64,000 nucleotides of DNA from Negativicutes bacterium (GTDB taxonomy: Bacteria; Bacillota; Negativicutes; UBA1444), in NCBI GenBank assembly GCA_963665275.2, contig CAXXIN010000001.1:1-64000 (forward strand), written 5' to 3'. The translations under genes and the position numbers were made by a program. The notes under the pieces were generated by a model. It saw only the letters and a program-made list of their open reading frames with translations, was not told the origin of the DNA and searched no databases. Within the stretch, counting starts at the first letter, position 1. Every line of letters begins with the position of its first letter. Positions 40,547 through 50,294 of the stretch are shown piece after piece.

Positions 40547-42756
40547 GAAAGACAGAATGGGTTTTTAAGAAACATTTTATGACAACTCGCATCTTGATGA
40601 GCGGAACGGTTTTGCTCATCGGGTTTGGTGCGGCTGTCTTTCTTTTTGTCCAGGCGTTTGCGGAAGATCTGTATGTCGAAAAACGCCAAGGACTGAAACA
40701 TATTGTCTCGCTGGCAACGAATGCCATGGAACCCATTCTGGAGGACCGGCGCAACGGAAAAATTACGATGGCCCAGGCGCGGGTCCGATCAACAGAGGTC
40801 GTGAAACGATTCGTCTATTCCGACAACAATGGTATTAATTACTTGTTCTTAACTACTGATGACGGGTATCTGCTCGTAGAGCCAACTGCCGAAGAGGCGG
40901 TTGGCACTTATCAAATGCAGCGGCGAGACAGCGAAGGAGTTCTCGTTACCCAGGCATTGCTGAAGAAGGCCAAGGCTGGCGGTGGGTTTGTAGAGTATCT
41001 GGAGGCGCGCGCGACGAATGGCATTCCTGAAAAAAAGATTTCGTACGTAGTCGGCATACCCGATATTGAATGCTATGTGGGAACCGGAATGTACGTTAAT
41101 GATCTGGATGAAGCAGTCAAACGCCTGTTGATGGAGCTTTTGGTTCTGGGATTGTTCATTTTCACGTTGGTTTTTGGATTGCAGTATTATTCCATGCGAC
41201 CGTTGCTGTACTGTGTGCACTTATTATCGGAGTCGTTCAAACGCCTGAGTGAAGACCCGGCTGCATTGCTGCCGTTGACGCCTGATGATCAACTTCATGA
41301 CCCCCATACCAAGGTGATGATCGATAATTTCACTTCCATGATGAAGCAGTTGCAGTCGCACCGGGACGTAATAGAACAGCACGCCGAAAAATTTCGCCAG
41401 ATTGCTTATGCCTCAACCGACGTTATTTGGCAATGGGAAGGATCGTCAGGGCGAACTCACTGGTCGGAAAATATTCGTGATATCCTTGGAGAGTCAGCTG
41501 GAACAGAACTGCCGCATTTCGAAGTGATTGAGGCCTGGGTTCATGTGGATGATCGGGAGAAGAGGCGTCAAGTGCTTGCGGCTTACTTGGCGCAGGAAAC
41601 AGAAACCTATGTCTGCGAATATCGTATTCAGTCAAGTGACGGAAATTATCATTGGGTTCAGGCTCGCGGCGTGGCAACCTTTGGTGGGAATAAAGTCCCT
41701 GTTCGCATGGTCGGATCGCTGCTTGACCTGACCGGGTTTATGCAGCAAACTTCTACTGCGCAACAAGAACTAAGAGCGGTGGGTGCGTCTGCGCAGGTGC
41801 TGCAAACAATCGAGGGAGTGCTGGTGCAAACTCCTTCGGTCCCTCCTGATGCCTTGGTCATTGATGTGAAGAATCGACTGGAAGCCGAAAAATGGCAAGG
41901 CTTTGTCGTGGTCGAAAACGAGGCTCCGGTTGGGCTTGTTATGAAAAATTCTTTGAACCAGCAACTTAGCGGTCAATATGGCGTTTCGCTCTACTATAAC
42001 CGGCCGGTTGCGATGGTGATGGATAGCGCGCCCCTGGTTGTGGAGGCTGATTCCTCGTTGGACAAGGTTTCTGTGTGTTTGCAGAGTCGGCCGGAAGACA
42101 AGCTCTATGACTTGATTGTGGTCTCCCGCCGGGGGAAATATATCGGGACTGCTTCGGTTATGGATATTGTGACACACCTTACCGACCTGCGGATTCAACT
42201 GGCGGCTAACGCCAATCCGCTTACCGGCTTGCCGGGGAATCGGGTTATCGATGAAAAAATTCGGGCGGCAGTTCAACACAACCAAGCATTCGTGGCGCTG
42301 TACCTCGATTTGGATAATTTCAAGGCGTTTAACGACAAATACGGTTTTGAGCGCGGGGATGCAGCCATCAAACTTACTGCGGACATCTTGAAAAACGCAA
42401 CGGATATATATGGGGAACAGGATGCCTTTACAGGCCATATTGGCGGCGATGATTTTATCATCTTGCTAGCTCGAAATGTTCCGCATGTTTTGCTGGCCGA
42501 ACAGATCATCCGCAGCTTTGACGCTGCGATACGCAACCTTTATTCCGCGGAGGATCTGGCGCAGAGCTGTATTGCCGTGCAAAACCGCAAAGGCGAGTAT
42601 GAAGAGTATCCGATCATGACCATTTCAATTGCGATTATTGATTCACGTTGCAATCGGTTTACAAACCCACTTGAAGTCGCTGAAGTTGCGGCTGCTCTAA
42701 AACGCCTGGCCAAATCCAGGGACGGATCTGTCTGGGTGAGTGATAGAAGAAGCTAA
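40543..42756 (+). CDS. Cache-PAS-CBS-GGDEF diguanylate cyclase
   Basis: sCache (NYLF...GGGFVEY...KISY...VGTGMY), PAS (WVHVDD..EYRI..WV), CBS pair, ANPLTGLPGN, GHIGGDDF; overlaps the phnD-like stop (ATGA). Confidence 0.8.
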   Translation: MRKTEWVFKKHFMTTRILMSGTVLLIGFGAAVFLFVQAFAEDLYVEKRQGLKHIVSLATNAMEPILEDRRNGKITMAQARVRSTEVVKRFVYSDNNGINYLFLTTDDGYLLVEPTAEEAVGTYQMQRRDSEGVLVTQALLKKAKAGGGFVEYLEARATNGIPEKKISYVVGIPDIECYVGTGMYVNDLDEAVKRLLMELLVLGLFIFTLVFGLQYYSMRPLLYCVHLLSESFKRLSEDPAALLPLTPDDQLHDPHTKVMIDNFTSMMKQLQSHRDVIEQHAEKFRQIAYASTDVIWQWEGSSGRTHWSENIRDILGESAGTELPHFEVIEAWVHVDDREKRRQVLAAYLAQETETYVCEYRIQSSDGNYHWVQARGVATFGGNKVPVRMVGSLLDLTGFMQQTSTAQQELRAVGASAQVLQTIEGVLVQTPSVPPDALVIDVKNRLEAEKWQGFVVVENEAPVGLVMKNSLNQQLSGQYGVSLYYNRPVAMVMDSAPLVVEADSSLDKVSVCLQSRPEDKLYDLIVVSRRGKYIGTASVMDIVTHLTDLRIQLAANANPLTGLPGNRVIDEKIRAAVQHNQAFVALYLDLDNFKAFNDKYGFERGDAAIKLTADILKNATDIYGEQDAFTGHIGGDDFIILLARNVPHVLLAEQIIRSFDAAIRNLYSAEDLAQSCIAVQNRKGEYEEYPIMTISIAIIDSRCNRFTNPLEVAEVAAALKRLAKSRDGSVWVSDRRS

Positions 42757-43880
42757 TCAATAGCAACAGGACGCACCAACAAGTATCCGGCGAGAATCGC
42801 GGTAAAGGGGGCTACTAAAACAACCCCGAAACTTCCTACCAAAGTGTGGAGAATTTCCGCGGCGATGTAGGTGAGATTGAGAATGTTGGCGACCGGCGTT
42901 CCCTGGGCGATGAACACCATCATTAGCGCGGTGAAGGAACCGGAATAAGCCAGCAACAAGGTGGTTGTCATTGTGCCGACGACGGCCCGACCCACGTTGA
43001 AGCCGGAGGCGATGGCTTCCTTTCTCGTGATCTCCGGTTTCTTTTCCACCAGCTCGGCAACCGATACCGCGATATCAACCGCAACATCCATCATGGCGCC
43101 GGAGGAGGCCAGGAATATCCCGGCGATGAACACCTTCGTCAAGTCTATTTGACTGAAGCCGACATGCAGCAGTGTTTCGGCGTAGGGAACAACGGCGCCG
43201 TGAACCTTGAACAAGTGACCGAATAGCAGTGCCAGAAGGCAAGCTGCCACCGCTCCCGCCACCGTACCGCAAAAAGCGGCCAATCCGGTGCGGCTGAGCC
43301 CGGTTACGAGGAAAATGACGCAGCCAACGATGGCGCACACGACAAGCAAGGCAATGATGATCGGGTCCCAGCCCTGTAGGAACAGCGGCCAAAGAACCTT
43401 CCACAGAATGAGAATGGTGAAAACAAAGGATAATATCGCTTTCGCGCCTGTCCAGCGGGCATACCATAGCAGCAGCAGGACAAAAAGCGCGAATAGAATC
43501 AGCTCAGTGTCAATGCGGTAATGGTCGATCAGGTTGGCAGTAATTATTTGTCCCTGTTGATTGGTTTTTACGACAACGAGGGCATAGTCGCCAACTCGGA
43601 AAAATTTATCCATTTCTAACTTTCCCAGTAGCGGGTTCGTGGTTTCCACCTGTTGTCCTTGCAGAGCGCCTGCGGATAACACAAGGGTGACGCCCTGCAC
43701 ACCGGTTTGGACAACCCCGCGTTGATGCACATTGCCGTTGTCAACGGCGATTACCTCCGCGCGCAGGCGGTCGTACCCGTCTTCCTGCGTCGGAAAGCCG
43801 GTCGGCAAAAAGTATAGGGCAAAGCAAACCAGCGTAATGAATAGCACGAAATATTTGTCGGCTGTTAGTGAGTGGCGCAT
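42753..43880 (-). CDS. YibE/F-family membrane protein
   Basis: GAMMDVA, GRAVVGTMTTTLLLAYSG, EILHTLVGSFG. Confidence 0.85.
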   Translation of the reverse strand: MRHSLTADKYFVLFITLVCFALYFLPTGFPTQEDGYDRLRAEVIAVDNGNVHQRGVVQTGVQGVTLVLSAGALQGQQVETTNPLLGKLEMDKFFRVGDYALVVVKTNQQGQIITANLIDHYRIDTELILFALFVLLLLWYARWTGAKAILSFVFTILILWKVLWPLFLQGWDPIIIALLVVCAIVGCVIFLVTGLSRTGLAAFCGTVAGAVAACLLALLFGHLFKVHGAVVPYAETLLHVGFSQIDLTKVFIAGIFLASSGAMMDVAVDIAVSVAELVEKKPEITRKEAIASGFNVGRAVVGTMTTTLLLAYSGSFTALMMVFIAQGTPVANILNLTYIAAEILHTLVGSFGVVLVAPFTAILAGYLLVRPVAID

Positions 43881-43971
43881 GATTTTCCTTCTTTCAATAT
43901 AATCGACAAAGATGGAGCAGAGAATTTTCCTCTGCTCCATCTTCCGCACTGGAGTGGTTTTTAGTGCTGCT

Positions 43972-45453
43972 TTATTGGAACTGGACGCCCATGATTCCCA
44001 TGAGTTTCTTGGCGACATCGGTATTATCATAGTAGCCTTGGAAAGACTCGCCGCCAACTCCCTGGGCAAATACGGGGACCGCCACTCCTGTATGAGCGTA
44101 GGTGGTCCAGCCGATACCGGCTTTTTGGTTAAGGATATGGGTTACGGTAACGGAGAAAGGTTCATAGGAACCATACATGAGATAGCTTTGAGGATCTTTA
44201 TTGCGTTTTTTAGGATCGGCCATGCTTGCTGCAAGCGCATTGCTCAGACGAGTTTGGTCAAATTCGGTTAACTCTGTCAGACCAAACTTGTCCGCGAGAA
44301 TTGGCAGCCAGTCGTCAAGCTTGGCATCGGCTGGGGCTGTGGTATCGCGATACGCCTTGATCTGTTTGTCAAAATCCTCGAACGATAAAGTTTGTTTATT
44401 GATTTTATTAAAGAACGTTTGGTATTCGGTTCCGGCGAATCCGATGCTCATGCCGCCGGTCTCATGGTCGCCAGTGACAACGATGAGGGTTTCATCCGGA
44501 TGTTTGGCGTAGAAATTGAGGGCTTCCTGAATCGAAGCTTCAAAAGAAAGGACATCCCGGATCGTGGTCGCGGCGTCGTTGGCATGACAGGCCCAGTCGA
44601 TCTTGCCGCCTTCAACCATGAAGAAGAAGCCGTTGGGGTTGTCGAGAACCTCGATGCCTTTGCGGGTGAAGTCTGCCAAAGAGAGTTGATTTACACGATC
44701 AATATCATAGGCCATCGCCGATTCAGCAGCCAGGGCAGGGTCGATCGCGATGGTTTTGCCCGAATTCTTGTTTAGTTTGTACAGGTCTTCCTTATTGTTG
44801 ACGATGGTATATCCTTTTTGTTTGGCAATATCCAATACGTTCGGCTTGTCTTTCGTTTTTCCGGTCGGCTGCAGGAAACCGCCGCCGCCGAAATAATCAA
44901 AGCCGCTATTGGCTAAGGAAATGCCGATTTCATAAAGATTTTTGCGGCTGGATTCATGAGCGTAAAAGGCGCCTGGTGTGGCATGGTCGATTGAAACGCT
45001 GCTGACTATCCCGACCTTCATTCCTTTTTCCTTGGCCATCTCCGCCATGGATTTAAATTTAATGGTTTTGGTGGCATCCATCCCCAGGATGTCGTTGTTG
45101 GTTTTGTGGCCGGTCGCCAGCGCGGTGCCGGCTGCTGCTGATTCAGTGATGAAGGTATTGGCGGAGTGGGTAGCTTGCATACCCATATGCGGGAATACGG
45201 TGAAGTTCAGCTTTCCTCGATTCATAGAGTCGTTCCCATTAAGAGTGCCTTTGAAAATTTCCGAAGAATTGATCTGTGTCATGGACATTCCATCGCCAAT
45301 AAAGAAGAATACATACTTGGCCTTTTTCCCGTAGTAGGCATTGTCAACTCCGGCGGTGACTGTGTTTTGCACCGGAGCGGCGGCAAAAACCAATGCGGAT
45401 ATTACTAGCAGTGCGGTCAGTGGAATGGCTAACCATTTTTGTCTGTTCAACAT
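43972..45453 (-). CDS. phoA: Alkaline phosphatase (PhoA family), secreted
   Basis: FIGDGM, TESAAAGTALATG, HATP, VEGGKIDWACHAND, TGDHETGG, HTG. Confidence 0.93.
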   Translation of the reverse strand: MLNRQKWLAIPLTALLVISALVFAAAPVQNTVTAGVDNAYYGKKAKYVFFFIGDGMSMTQINSSEIFKGTLNGNDSMNRGKLNFTVFPHMGMQATHSANTFITESAAAGTALATGHKTNNDILGMDATKTIKFKSMAEMAKEKGMKVGIVSSVSIDHATPGAFYAHESSRKNLYEIGISLANSGFDYFGGGGFLQPTGKTKDKPNVLDIAKQKGYTIVNNKEDLYKLNKNSGKTIAIDPALAAESAMAYDIDRVNQLSLADFTRKGIEVLDNPNGFFFMVEGGKIDWACHANDAATTIRDVLSFEASIQEALNFYAKHPDETLIVVTGDHETGGMSIGFAGTEYQTFFNKINKQTLSFEDFDKQIKAYRDTTAPADAKLDDWLPILADKFGLTELTEFDQTRLSNALAASMADPKKRNKDPQSYLMYGSYEPFSVTVTHILNQKAGIGWTTYAHTGVAVPVFAQGVGGESFQGYYDNTDVAKKLMGIMGVQFQ

Positions 45454-45487
45454 TTGACAACCTCCCTATGTAAATCTTCTGCCTTTT

Positions 45488-45552
45488 AGTCTATCAAGGC
45501 TGAAAGACGGAAGTGTTGTCATTGCGTTAACGCTTGATTAAGTTTGGGTTAA
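45488..45552 (-). promoter_or_regulatory. Pho-box array plus extended -10 for phoA-yibE/F
   Basis: Minus-strand TTAACC 45552, TTAATC 45541, TTAACG 45530, ACAACA 45519; TG-A-TAGACT with the hexamer starting 45493. Confidence 0.75.
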
Positions 45553-45568
45553 TTCGGAGTGTGATGAA

Positions 45569-46018
45569 CTATTTCCCGACGCGGGGTGGCTTGACATTGA
45601 TTATGCGACCGTAATCTTCTTCCATCAACGGGGACGAAATGATGAAGTCGGCGCTGGCCAGGTTGCAGGCGGTCGGAATATTATAAACGACTGCAATGCG
45701 CAACAACGCTTTGACATCAACATCATGGGGCTGCTGTTCGAGAGGATCCCAGAAAAATATGATAAAGTCGATATCTCCTTCAACAATTTTGGCGCCAACC
45801 TGCTGGTCGCCTCCCAACGGACCACTCGAAAAACAATGGATTTTTAAATCCAGTTCTGTAGCCAGAATTTGGCCGGTTGTTCCGGTAGCATACAGGACGT
45901 GCCGAGACAGAAGGTCTCGATTGAAACGGGCCCATTCGAGCATTGCTGCTTTTTTGTTGTCGTGAGCGATCATGGCAATTTTCTTTCGTTTCTTCATTGT
46001 AATTAAGTCGGGTGTCAT
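45569..46018 (-). CDS. mgsA: Methylglyoxal synthase
   Basis: IAHD, ATGTTG, SGPLGGDQQ, FWDP, PHDVDVKALLR. Confidence 0.95.
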   Translation of the reverse strand: MTPDLITMKKRKKIAMIAHDNKKAAMLEWARFNRDLLSRHVLYATGTTGQILATELDLKIHCFSSGPLGGDQQVGAKIVEGDIDFIIFFWDPLEQQPHDVDVKALLRIAVVYNIPTACNLASADFIISSPLMEEDYGRIINVKPPRVGK

Positions 46019-46064
46019 TTTTTAACCTCACTCATTAATGAATTTGGCGCCGTTGCGCGGTTCA

Positions 46065-46118
46065 ATTTTCTCACGTTAACAGGAGGGAAGTGTTAAGGGG
46101 TTGTGATAATTGGGTAAA
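46065..46118 (-). promoter_or_regulatory. Probable Pho-box array plus extended -10 for mgsA
   Basis: Minus-strand TTTACC 46118, ATCACA 46107, TTAACA 46096; TG-A-GAAAAT with the hexamer starting 46070. Confidence 0.6.
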
Positions 46119-46277
46119 TTATTAAACATGGGTGGATCAGAATTTTGCTTGCAAATGCTTCGACAAATATGCAAAAATGAATCACAACAGCCCCGCTGAT
46201 GGCGAAAGAATTTTTTTGCGCGTATCATATGATCTGTGCTGGTAAAATCGGTTTGTGATTGTTAAGGAGATGAAAAT

Positions 46278-47738
46278 GTGCTCGTCGATAAAAATACGAA
46301 CTCCGATACTCATGAGGTTACCCGCAAACAACCCTCCTCCAAAATTAACGAAGAGATCACTTTGGACCAGGTTATCTCCCATTCACATGATGGCATCTTT
46401 GTCACTGATAAGTTGGGCAATGTCGTTATGGCAAATCCTGCGGCGATAAGATTGATGGAACAAACTCCCGACACCGTGATCGGGGCCAATGTGCAAGATC
46501 TCGTAAAAAAAGGGGTCTATGACAGATCTTCAACAATGGAAGCCATTAATAGGAGAGCTGTTTTTACCGGGTTAGTTAAGCTGGCTTCCGGCGTAACCCT
46601 GATGTCCACCAGCATGCCTATCTTTGATGATAGCGGCGAACTTGTGATGGTGGTCACCAATACCCGCGATAAAGATCTGGTCGACAAATATATTGCCGCC
46701 TTGGCCGCCGAACGGGATAAAGCGGATCGTTATAAAACCGCTGCCGAATATCTGGGCGGTCTTGATTCGGACAATAAAACCCCGGTGGCGGAAAGCGCGG
46801 TGATGCGACACATTATTCGCCTGACAAGTACCATCGCCAAAGTGGATACCAGTGTATTGCTGCTCGGGGAGTCAGGCTCAGGCAAAGATGTGATTGCCAG
46901 GCACATTCACCGGAGCAGTCCGCGCGCGAAAGAACCGTTCATCCCGGTAAACTGCGCGGCGATCCCCGATAATCTGATGGAATCCGAATTTTTTGGTTAT
47001 GTCCGTGGCGCCTTTACGGGTGCTAGTACCCATGGAAAACCCGGGATCTTTGAGATAGCGGATAAGGGGACCTTATTTCTGGATGAAATTGCCGAATTGC
47101 CGTTGAGCCTGCAGTCCAAACTGCTCAGGGTGCTGGAAACGGGAGAAGTCCAGAGATTGGGTAGCGCCTCGAGCCGTCAGACCCATGTCAGACTGATTGC
47201 TGCGACCAATAAAGATTTGAAGCAGATGGTCGACAATGGCCTGTTTCGTAGCGATCTGTATTACAGGCTGAATGTCATTCCAGTAAGTTTGCCGCCGCTT
47301 CGCGATCGTCCGGAAGATATCAGGGCGCTTTCCCAGAGGTTCCTGGATGAGTTCAATAAGAAATACAGCTTGAACAAAACATTTTCACCGGAAACAGTTC
47401 AATCTTTTCAAGACTATTCCTGGCCCGGCAACGTTCGGGAATTGCGTAATGTTGTGGAACGGCTGGTCATCATCTCGACTAGTGATGAATTAAGCCTTGG
47501 AGTCGAATTTGCCGGCACTGCCGCTGCGCATTCAAAAATAGCGCCTGCGTTATTCGATGACAACAGGAGCTATCAGGGCAGTCTCAAAAGCGTTGTAAAA
47601 ACGGTTGAAGAACAATATATCAACCAAGTTCTGCAAGAGTGCGAGGGACGACTGAACGAAGCCGCCCGGCGCTTGGGGATACACCGGTCGATGCTTTATC
47701 GGAAGATTTGTCAAATTAACGAAAACAGCGGCAAATAA
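46278..47738 (+). CDS. PAS-AAA+-Fis sigma54 enhancer-binding protein
   Basis: [35 protein letters not shown]-terminal HTH. Confidence 0.93.
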   Translation: MLVDKNTNSDTHEVTRKQPSSKINEEITLDQVISHSHDGIFVTDKLGNVVMANPAAIRLMEQTPDTVIGANVQDLVKKGVYDRSSTMEAINRRAVFTGLVKLASGVTLMSTSMPIFDDSGELVMVVTNTRDKDLVDKYIAALAAERDKADRYKTAAEYLGGLDSDNKTPVAESAVMRHIIRLTSTIAKVDTSVLLLGESGSGKDVIARHIHRSSPRAKEPFIPVNCAAIPDNLMESEFFGYVRGAFTGASTHGKPGIFEIADKGTLFLDEIAELPLSLQSKLLRVLETGEVQRLGSASSRQTHVRLIAATNKDLKQMVDNGLFRSDLYYRLNVIPVSLPPLRDRPEDIRALSQRFLDEFNKKYSLNKTFSPETVQSFQDYSWPGNVRELRNVVERLVIISTSDELSLGVEFAGTAAAHSKIAPALFDDNRSYQGSLKSVVKTVEEQYINQVLQECEGRLNEAARRLGIHRSMLYRKICQINENSGK

Positions 47739-47744
47739 GTTGCG

Positions 47745-47804
47745 TGTTGCATAAACGATACGTTGTAGATAAAATGCAACACGGAGCGTAGACTTTTTGC
47801 AACG
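47745..47804. promoter_or_regulatory. Three 18-bp imperfect palindromes, likely enhancer (UAS) sites
   Basis: TGTTGCATAAACGATACG 47745, TGTAGATAAAATGCAACA 47764, CGTAGACTTTTTGCAACG 47787. Confidence 0.65.
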
Positions 47805-47966
47805 CCATTTAAGCCGAAAAGAAAAGCGGCCAGAACAATATCATAAAAACCAATCGAAACAAAAATGTTTTTAAAAACTCTGAAAGTGCTAATTTACAGG
47901 CATTTTCAGAGTTTTTTATTTTGCGAAATGCGTAAAAAAACCGTTGTGGCTGAATGTTCGGAATGC

Positions 47967-47982
47967 TGGCACGGTATTTGCA
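47967..47982 (+). promoter_or_regulatory. Sigma54 -24/-12 promoter
   Basis: TGGCAC-GGTAT-TTGCA, a consensus match. Confidence 0.9.
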
Positions 47983-48045
47983 ATTATATGAAAACAGAGG
48001 GCGCCTTAAATAACAGTAACAAAATAATCAGGAGGGTGATCGGGT

Positions 48046-48897
48046 ATGAGTATTAAAAAAATCGGTGTTGTCGGGGCTGGCGCAATGGGAACAGGTATTG
48101 CCCATGTTGCAGCTCAAGCCGGGTATGAAGTGGTCTTGTGCGATGTGGCGGAGGAGTTTCTCCAACGCTCTGTCGCCTCGATGAGCAAGCTGATTGACAA
48201 AGCCATCGCCAAAGGAAAACTGACCGAAACCGATAAAACGGAAACGCTGGGCCGAATAATAATCACTACCGATTTGCAGGCGATGCAGGATGTGGATTTA
48301 GTGGTCGAAGCGATTATCGAAAAAATCGAGGCAAAGTTGGATTTGTTTGCGCGGCTGGATAAAATCTGCGCGCCTCATGCTCTGATTACATCTAATACAT
48401 CGACGATGTCCATTACCAAAATGGCAAAAGTTACCCAACGGCCGGATAAGGTGGCCGGTCTGCACTTCTTCAATCCGGCGCAGGCTATGAAACTTGTTGA
48501 GATCATCCGCGGCTACTACACGTCTGATGAAACGGTAGCCTTCTTGAAAGAGTGCGTAACGACAATGGGTAAAGTGGGCATCGAAGTTAAGAAAGATACC
48601 CCAGGTTTCGTTGTCAACAGACTCATGTTGCCGCAGATCAGGGAGGCATTCATTCTCCATGAACAAGGCGTTGCCTCCATGGAAGATATTGATAAGGCGA
48701 TGACTCTGGGGCTGAATCACCCCATGGGACCGTTTACGCTGATGGATTTTGCCGGTAACGATATCTGCCTCGCGTCTCTTGAGTATCTGTACGAGGAGTT
48801 TGCAGAACCCCACTGGGCACCGCCGATTTCTTTAAAACAATTGATTAACGCAGGCAGGATGGGCAAAAAAGTCGGCAAGGGATGGTATGACTATTAA
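48046..48897 (+). CDS. hbd: 3-hydroxybutyryl-CoA dehydrogenase
   Basis: GAGAMGTGIA, VVEAIIE, SNTS, GLHFFNP, PGFVVNR, HPMGP. Confidence 0.9.
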   Translation: MSIKKIGVVGAGAMGTGIAHVAAQAGYEVVLCDVAEEFLQRSVASMSKLIDKAIAKGKLTETDKTETLGRIIITTDLQAMQDVDLVVEAIIEKIEAKLDLFARLDKICAPHALITSNTSTMSITKMAKVTQRPDKVAGLHFFNPAQAMKLVEIIRGYYTSDETVAFLKECVTTMGKVGIEVKKDTPGFVVNRLMLPQIREAFILHEQGVASMEDIDKAMTLGLNHPMGPFTLMDFAGNDICLASLEYLYEEFAEPHWAPPISLKQLINAGRMGKKVGKGWYDY

Positions 48898-48942
48898 TTC
48901 GGCAACCGTTACGTATCCAAAATAACAGGAGGTAAAAAATAT

Positions 48943-50256
48943 ATGGAGACGACACTGAGCGTTCTAGGTATTTTTCTCTCATTGGCTTTTATCATTTTCT
49001 TAGCCATGAGAGGATTCGGGATCATCATCATTGCACCGCTGGCAGTTGTCATCGTGGCCCTATTCTCCAATATGAGTGTTCTGGATTCTCTTACCGGGCC
49101 TTATATGAAAGGGTTCGTAAATTATGCCGGAAAATTTTACCTCATCTTTTTGACGGCTGCTATTTTCGGTAAATTCATGGAAGATTCGGGCGCCGCCAAA
49201 GCCATAGCCCAAGGCCTGCTCAAAGTGGTCGGCCGCGGCAGCGCTTATAAAGTATTGATCAGCATTTCGGTAATCTGCATGGTCCTGACACTCGGCGGCG
49301 TTAGCCTGTTTGTCGTCATTTTCGCCATTGTACCTATCGCCCGCCCCCTGTTTCGCGAATTGAATATCCCCTGGCATTTGTTTATGGCTGCGTTCATGTT
49401 TGGCAACGGCGCCATTACCATGAGTTTGATCCCCGGAACTCCTTCAGTTTTAAATATCATGCCGACGAAATACATGGCTTCCTCTCCAACTTCCGCTCCC
49501 ATGTTGGGGATTATCGGAGCAGTGACTGTGGCGGCTTTCTGCCTATGGTACATCAAGTCGCAGTTGCAGAAATGTCGTGACCGGAATGAAAATTACGTGG
49601 AACCTGCCATCGGTGTCGGTGCGCCTGATTCGGCAAACGAATCAGCGGATGCTCCCAATTTGTGGCTCAGCATGCTGCCGCCGGCAACGTTGGTGATATT
49701 GTTGAACGTCGTGAAAATCGATATCGTCTGGTCGCTTTCGGCAGCTGCCATATTGTGTCTCGCCATATTCTGGCCCCGCTATAAAAATAAATTGGAGACT
49801 ATCAACAAGGGAGCGCTGAACACCGTAGTGCCAATCATTAATACCTGCGCCGATGTCGGGTATGGCATGGCTGTTGCAGCGACCATCGGGTTCAAGGTCA
49901 TTGCCGATAACCTCCTGACCATGCCGGGGCATCCCATTGTTTCACTGGCGATTGCCGTTAACCTTCTCGCGGGAATTACCGGATCGGCTTCCGGCGGTCT
50001 GGGCATCGTCCTGGAGACTCTTTCGGCCAAATATCTGGCGCTCGGCCTCAGTCCCGACCTCATTCACCGGATCGCCGTGGCTTCGGCAGGAGCTTTCGAC
50101 GCGCTGCCGCATAATGGTGTCGTCATCACGTCATTGGCAGTTTGCGGCCTGACTCATAAAACTGCCTACAAGCACATTTGGTATACCCACTGTGTCGGAA
50201 CATTCCTGGCACTGTGCGTGATGATTCCCTTCGGTATATTGCTTTACAGTAAATAA
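48943..50256 (+). CDS. GntP-family permease (3-hydroxybutyrate-type)
   Basis: GGVSLFVV, PGTP..LN..P, GITGSASGG, DALPHNG. Confidence 0.8.
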   Translation: METTLSVLGIFLSLAFIIFLAMRGFGIIIIAPLAVVIVALFSNMSVLDSLTGPYMKGFVNYAGKFYLIFLTAAIFGKFMEDSGAAKAIAQGLLKVVGRGSAYKVLISISVICMVLTLGGVSLFVVIFAIVPIARPLFRELNIPWHLFMAAFMFGNGAITMSLIPGTPSVLNIMPTKYMASSPTSAPMLGIIGAVTVAAFCLWYIKSQLQKCRDRNENYVEPAIGVGAPDSANESADAPNLWLSMLPPATLVILLNVVKIDIVWSLSAAAILCLAIFWPRYKNKLETINKGALNTVVPIINTCADVGYGMAVAATIGFKVIADNLLTMPGHPIVSLAIAVNLLAGITGSASGGLGIVLETLSAKYLALGLSPDLIHRIAVASAGAFDALPHNGVVITSLAVCGLTHKTAYKHIWYTHCVGTFLALCVMIPFGILLYSK

Positions 50257-50294
50257 ATGGATCAATCCCAATCTATTTTTGGAGGAGTATTAGG

